Shown: positions 60,311 to 64,000 of the stretch, one piece after another | Layout: each line of letters starts with the position of its first letter | Numbering within the stretch: the stretch's first letter is position 1 | Assembly: GCF_036321535.1 (NCBI RefSeq) | Contig: NC_087438.1 | Location: 2,730,001-2,794,000 of the forward strand | Length of the DNA: 64,000 nucleotides | Direction of reading: 5' to 3' | Source of the DNA: Camelus dromedarius | Taxonomy: Eukaryota | Notes under the pieces: generated by a model | Databases searched by the model: none | Told to the model about the DNA's origin: nothing | The model's input: the letters and a program-made list of their open reading frames with translations, nothing else | Position numbers and translations under genes: made by a program

Positions 60311-63136
60311 TAAGTCAACGTTGACTTTCACGTGTCAGTTTAGGAGAACCATCACCAAAAGGGATGGATAATCTTTTGACTTAGACACTGTGGGATGTAC
60401 AGAAGAGCACATCGTAACCTCGGACTTGCCTCCATTCTCATGCAGGCATTCACCCTGCCCGCAGAGCGCTAGGGCAGTAGGCGGCAAGTGCATCCTAGTG
60501 CACTGGCATGATCGCGCCACGCAGATCTGGTCTGAGTCCATTTTGATTGTTTACTTAGGTCATAATTAAACAGACTGAAAGAAGACAAGAAAAACACATA
60601 GAAATCTTTTTCCAGAAATGGACGTGCTGTTCATGATGGGAGTGTTCCCATGTGGGCTGCAGAGAGCTCAGCCCCGGAGGCCTTTCCAAGGAGACAGAAG
60701 ACATGAGGCAAGACAGAGGAAGGGGATGCGGAGGTGAGTCTGCTACAAAACCTAGACGAGAGGAGGCAGCTTCAGGCGAAGATTCTGCTCCTTTTCTCTC
60801 TCTGGGTGTTTTCGGCAGTAACTCACACGTTAAACCAGCAGATCTGTGTTCCCTGCCTTGGGCGACCCCTTCCTGCTGAATTAGACCTGCTACGGAATCA
60901 AACCTGCCTGTGTCTTTCAAGTAGCCAGTGACACTTTTGACACCTCCAAAATGAAATCGGCAAGGTGCCCGGCCTCGTTCACTCCTGATTTGACTGAAAA
61001 CGAGCCGAAGCCTAAAACGGAAGGCGTCCCTCCCTGCTCAAGGCACCAAGGGCTAGGAGGGGCCCGTCAGTGTGTGACGCTCGGAGGAGGCGGGAGGGAC
61101 TCGGGGAAACATGGTGCCAAATTTATGACTTCAGTTTAACTCAGTCACCCTGTGAAGATCAGGTCTGAAATGTGCGCAAAGCAGGTGTTTTCCTGGAGTG
61201 GCCGACTTAAAACAGGGGTACTCATTCTACATTGAATTTATCAGTTTTCAGAGAAGCTGCCTTCAGGCTGCAAAATGTCACACTTTAATGATTGAGTCAT
61301 TGATTCATTGATTCATTCATTGTGATTAGCAAGAAAGAGACCCCTCAGGTCTCAGATCTCTCTCTGGGTGGAATCAGCTGGACGATTCTGATCAATATTC
61401 AGTCTTGATCTGATTATTAATTCCTCATTCAGACTCAGACTGATGAGCCGAGGAATGTATTTTTGTTGGCTGCTAATGAGGAACGGAGAGCCTCCTGTTC
61501 CCTGGACCATAGCCAGGTGGCCGGGATCCTGTGAGTCTCAGCGAACAGAAGTTAGCGCTCAGCTCTTCTCCTAAGGCGGTCCTGAGGCAGGCTCTCAGAA
61601 GCCCGCAGTACAGAGAGTCAGTGGCGGGGAGCTCACCTTCAGAACCATTCATCTCCTGTTTAGTCACACATCCTCAGTCCTCCCGGACCCGCGGGGCTTT
61701 TTTCCGCCCGGTACTGACCGGAAGATTCTGAGGAGAATGACTTCTGCCTTTGCTGAGTTGCTCCAAGGGACCTGTTCTTTGAAAGTGGAGCTTGCCTGAG
61801 AATAGACGCTTCTCATCCCAAAATAGCAGGTGTCCCCCAGCTCTTGGTCTCCCGGATCCGCCCCCTCAGAGCAGGCTGCAGGGTGGAGGGGTAGGGGGCA
61901 GTGGGCAGAGACCCCCCCCACCCAGGATCTAGTAATCCCCCTCAGCAGATTCCCAAGCACCCAGATCACCTTATTCCTGCTGTTGCTGTTTTTTGTGGTT
62001 TTTAACATTGCTTTTTGTAAACGTTGACATGTTACCACACACTGACAGTAAACTTAGAGCCACTTCAGATGTAAAGCATCGTCTCCGGGCATTGACTGAG
62101 AAGTAATTAATGGGCTCAATAATGTCCTGAAAGCAACCTGCTTAATAATCATCGCACTGCCCTTGTTTTCCATCATTACACGGACGCTCCGAAGGATGGC
62201 AGAAGTCGAGGTCCCCGTGACGTTCACAGCTGGCCTCCGGACGGCTCCCTCTCACGGTGCCTGCTGACTAGGTCTGCATGCGGCCCCATTCAGAAACCAT
62301 AGTGTTGACCGTACCTAACTTAGACGTAACTTCCTGTAATCAGACGAGCTCTACACATGATTTTTAAAGCCAACACTAGGACACTATCAACGGTCAGAAA
62401 CTGCATAAAAAAATTTCAAAACTGGAATTGCAGAACAAGCCAGAAAAACAAATTATTTGAGACAAATGACGGTCCATAGAAAATTCCGGAAGCCATCTGC
62501 TCTAAGAGCAGTCTCCTGTGCGCACGTTTTGCAGGTCACAGAAAGAGGATTCCATTTCTACCGACATCGCTGATTCCCTAGACCCTCATTTTTTCTGGAC
62601 CCCTCATCCTATAACTTATTCCACCATTCTTCTTCTAAATCACTGGTAACACTCTCGTTATGGTCTCTGACTTTGTGGTTACCCACAACTGGCAGAATCA
62701 TGATTTTAGGAAGGAGGCAGACTGATTCCGAAATAAGAGTATTTCAAACTTGCTCTAACCCTGGAGCCCCGTGAGGCCTTGGGAGTCAGTTTGTCATTTT
62801 GTCACTCGGCAGGCGGGCACCTGGGGTCTGGAGAAGGGATGTGGCCAGAAGAAAACCTTCCTGCAGGGAAGACGTGGGCCCAGGGGGCCTAGAACCCAGG
62901 TGTCCCGAGTCGCAGGTGTGTTGCCCAAAGGGCACAGAAGGACGACAAAATCCAGGACCTATGGCCCATGTGTGAGTGGGTGTGCGGGTGGTTGTGTGTC
63001 CAGGTGAGTGCATGTCTGGGTGAGTGTGTGCGTGTGTCCTCTCCCCTACAGAGAGGAGGCAGTGGAGGGGAGGCAGCTTTTTAAGAGAAAACTCCTCCTC
63101 GAGATCTCCTGCCAGAGCCGTGGGGCACGGCAGAGC

Positions 63137-63535
63137 TCTGGGCTGGACTGTTCCCCCAAGCCCTCATGCTGACGCACTAAGCCAGCGCGTCAGAACGTGC
63201 CGGCGTTTGGAGACAGGGCCTTTTAGGAGACGCTCATGTTACTGAGGGCAGGCCCTCCCAGTGTGACCGAGGGCCAGTGTCCTTACAAGAAGCGGGCATG
63301 GAGACACAGACACATGCAAGGCAAGGCCAGTGCAGAGACGTGGGGGCTGTGGCCTCTCCAGCCCGGAGCGAGGCCGGAGCAGACCCTTCCCTCGGGACGC
63401 TCGGAAAATCGCCCTGCACGCTCCTTGCACTCAGACTTCGGCCTCCAGACGGGGGGGGGGGGGGGGGGGGACACCTGTGTTGTCCGAGCTGCACGCTGGT
63501 GGGGATTTGCTCCAGTGCCTCCAGGAAACTCCTGT
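63137..63535 (+). mobile_element. MaLR LTR (MLT1B/C-like), GC-shifted, with an internal G20 run
   Basis: tgggctggactgttcccccaa...tttggagacagggcctttt...gtgtccttacaagaag...gagacacagaca...tcagacttcggcctccaga...ggaaact; G20 at 63451-63470. Confidence 0.75.
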
Positions 63536-64000
63536 AGCTGGTTGAGGGGGTGCTCGCTGGAGATCAGAAAGAGGACCAGGGAGGGAGACGCTGTAGGGGC
63601 CTTGCCTTTCACTGCAACGTGCAGCGGCCTCACATTGTCCTGCAAGGGTCAAGGGGCCGTTGAAGGACATTCATCTAGGGTGTGCCTGCTTTAATTCCTG
63701 TTAAAACCTCTCCCACAGTGACACAGAGCTGGCTTTGGAAGATGTACCTCTCAAAGCAGGTGGCCTCCAAGACAAAAGTGCTAATCCCGGCAAATGGGAA
63801 GGAGGGCGGGTGAGATTCACAGAAGGGCAGGTTCAGCAGGAGGTGCCGGGGCGCTGGAGTCAGGGGCTGAGCAGGGGCCAAAGCCAGGGGAAGAGGAACA
63901 GGAGAAAGAGACACTGGAGAAGGAGGAGGGGCCTGGGGGGGGGCGCTGGGGACCGGGCTCCAGACCTCACGTCCTCCATGAAGACGAGATTGTGGAGCTG

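Noticed and set aside
1..64000. CRISPR arrays, operons, prokaryotic defence systems, rRNA or mitochondrial inserts
   Set aside because: The sequence is mammalian nuclear DNA; no regularly spaced repeat-spacer array and no rRNA-like or mtDNA-like segment was seen.

Overview
Mammalian nuclear DNA, most likely camelid (alpaca/llama/camel). This rests on a tRNA-derived SINE of the Vic-1 type (36766-36868) and artiodactyl-type L1 3' ends, with no Alu, B1/B2, Bov-tA/BovB, PRE-1 or SINEC seen. I find no recognisable protein-coding gene. The only ORFs with a clear identity are degraded LINE-1 ORF2 pieces at 1-1490; the rest of the ORF track looks like chance ORFs in GC-rich DNA. The window reads as a gene desert or a very large intron. 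It contains L1/HAL1/L2 remnants, MIR, MER20/MER58 DNA transposons, MaLR (MLT1) LTRs, one well-preserved ERV1-class solo LTR, and microsatellites. Most interesting points: (i) several sharply bounded 0.3-1 kb GC/CpG peaks lying on ancient, normally AT-rich repeats, which suggests hotspot-scale GC-biased gene conversion; (ii) a diverged ~300-bp direct duplication 3.7 kb apart; (iii) repeat-free blocks rich in homeodomain/SOX/FOX motifs that look like developmental enhancers, plus an orphan CpG island; (iv) weak candidates for spliced non-coding or small-ORF transcripts. Repeat family names come from my recollection of consensus sequences and need RepeatMasker/Dfam confirmation. I cannot claim a new biological system from this sequence.
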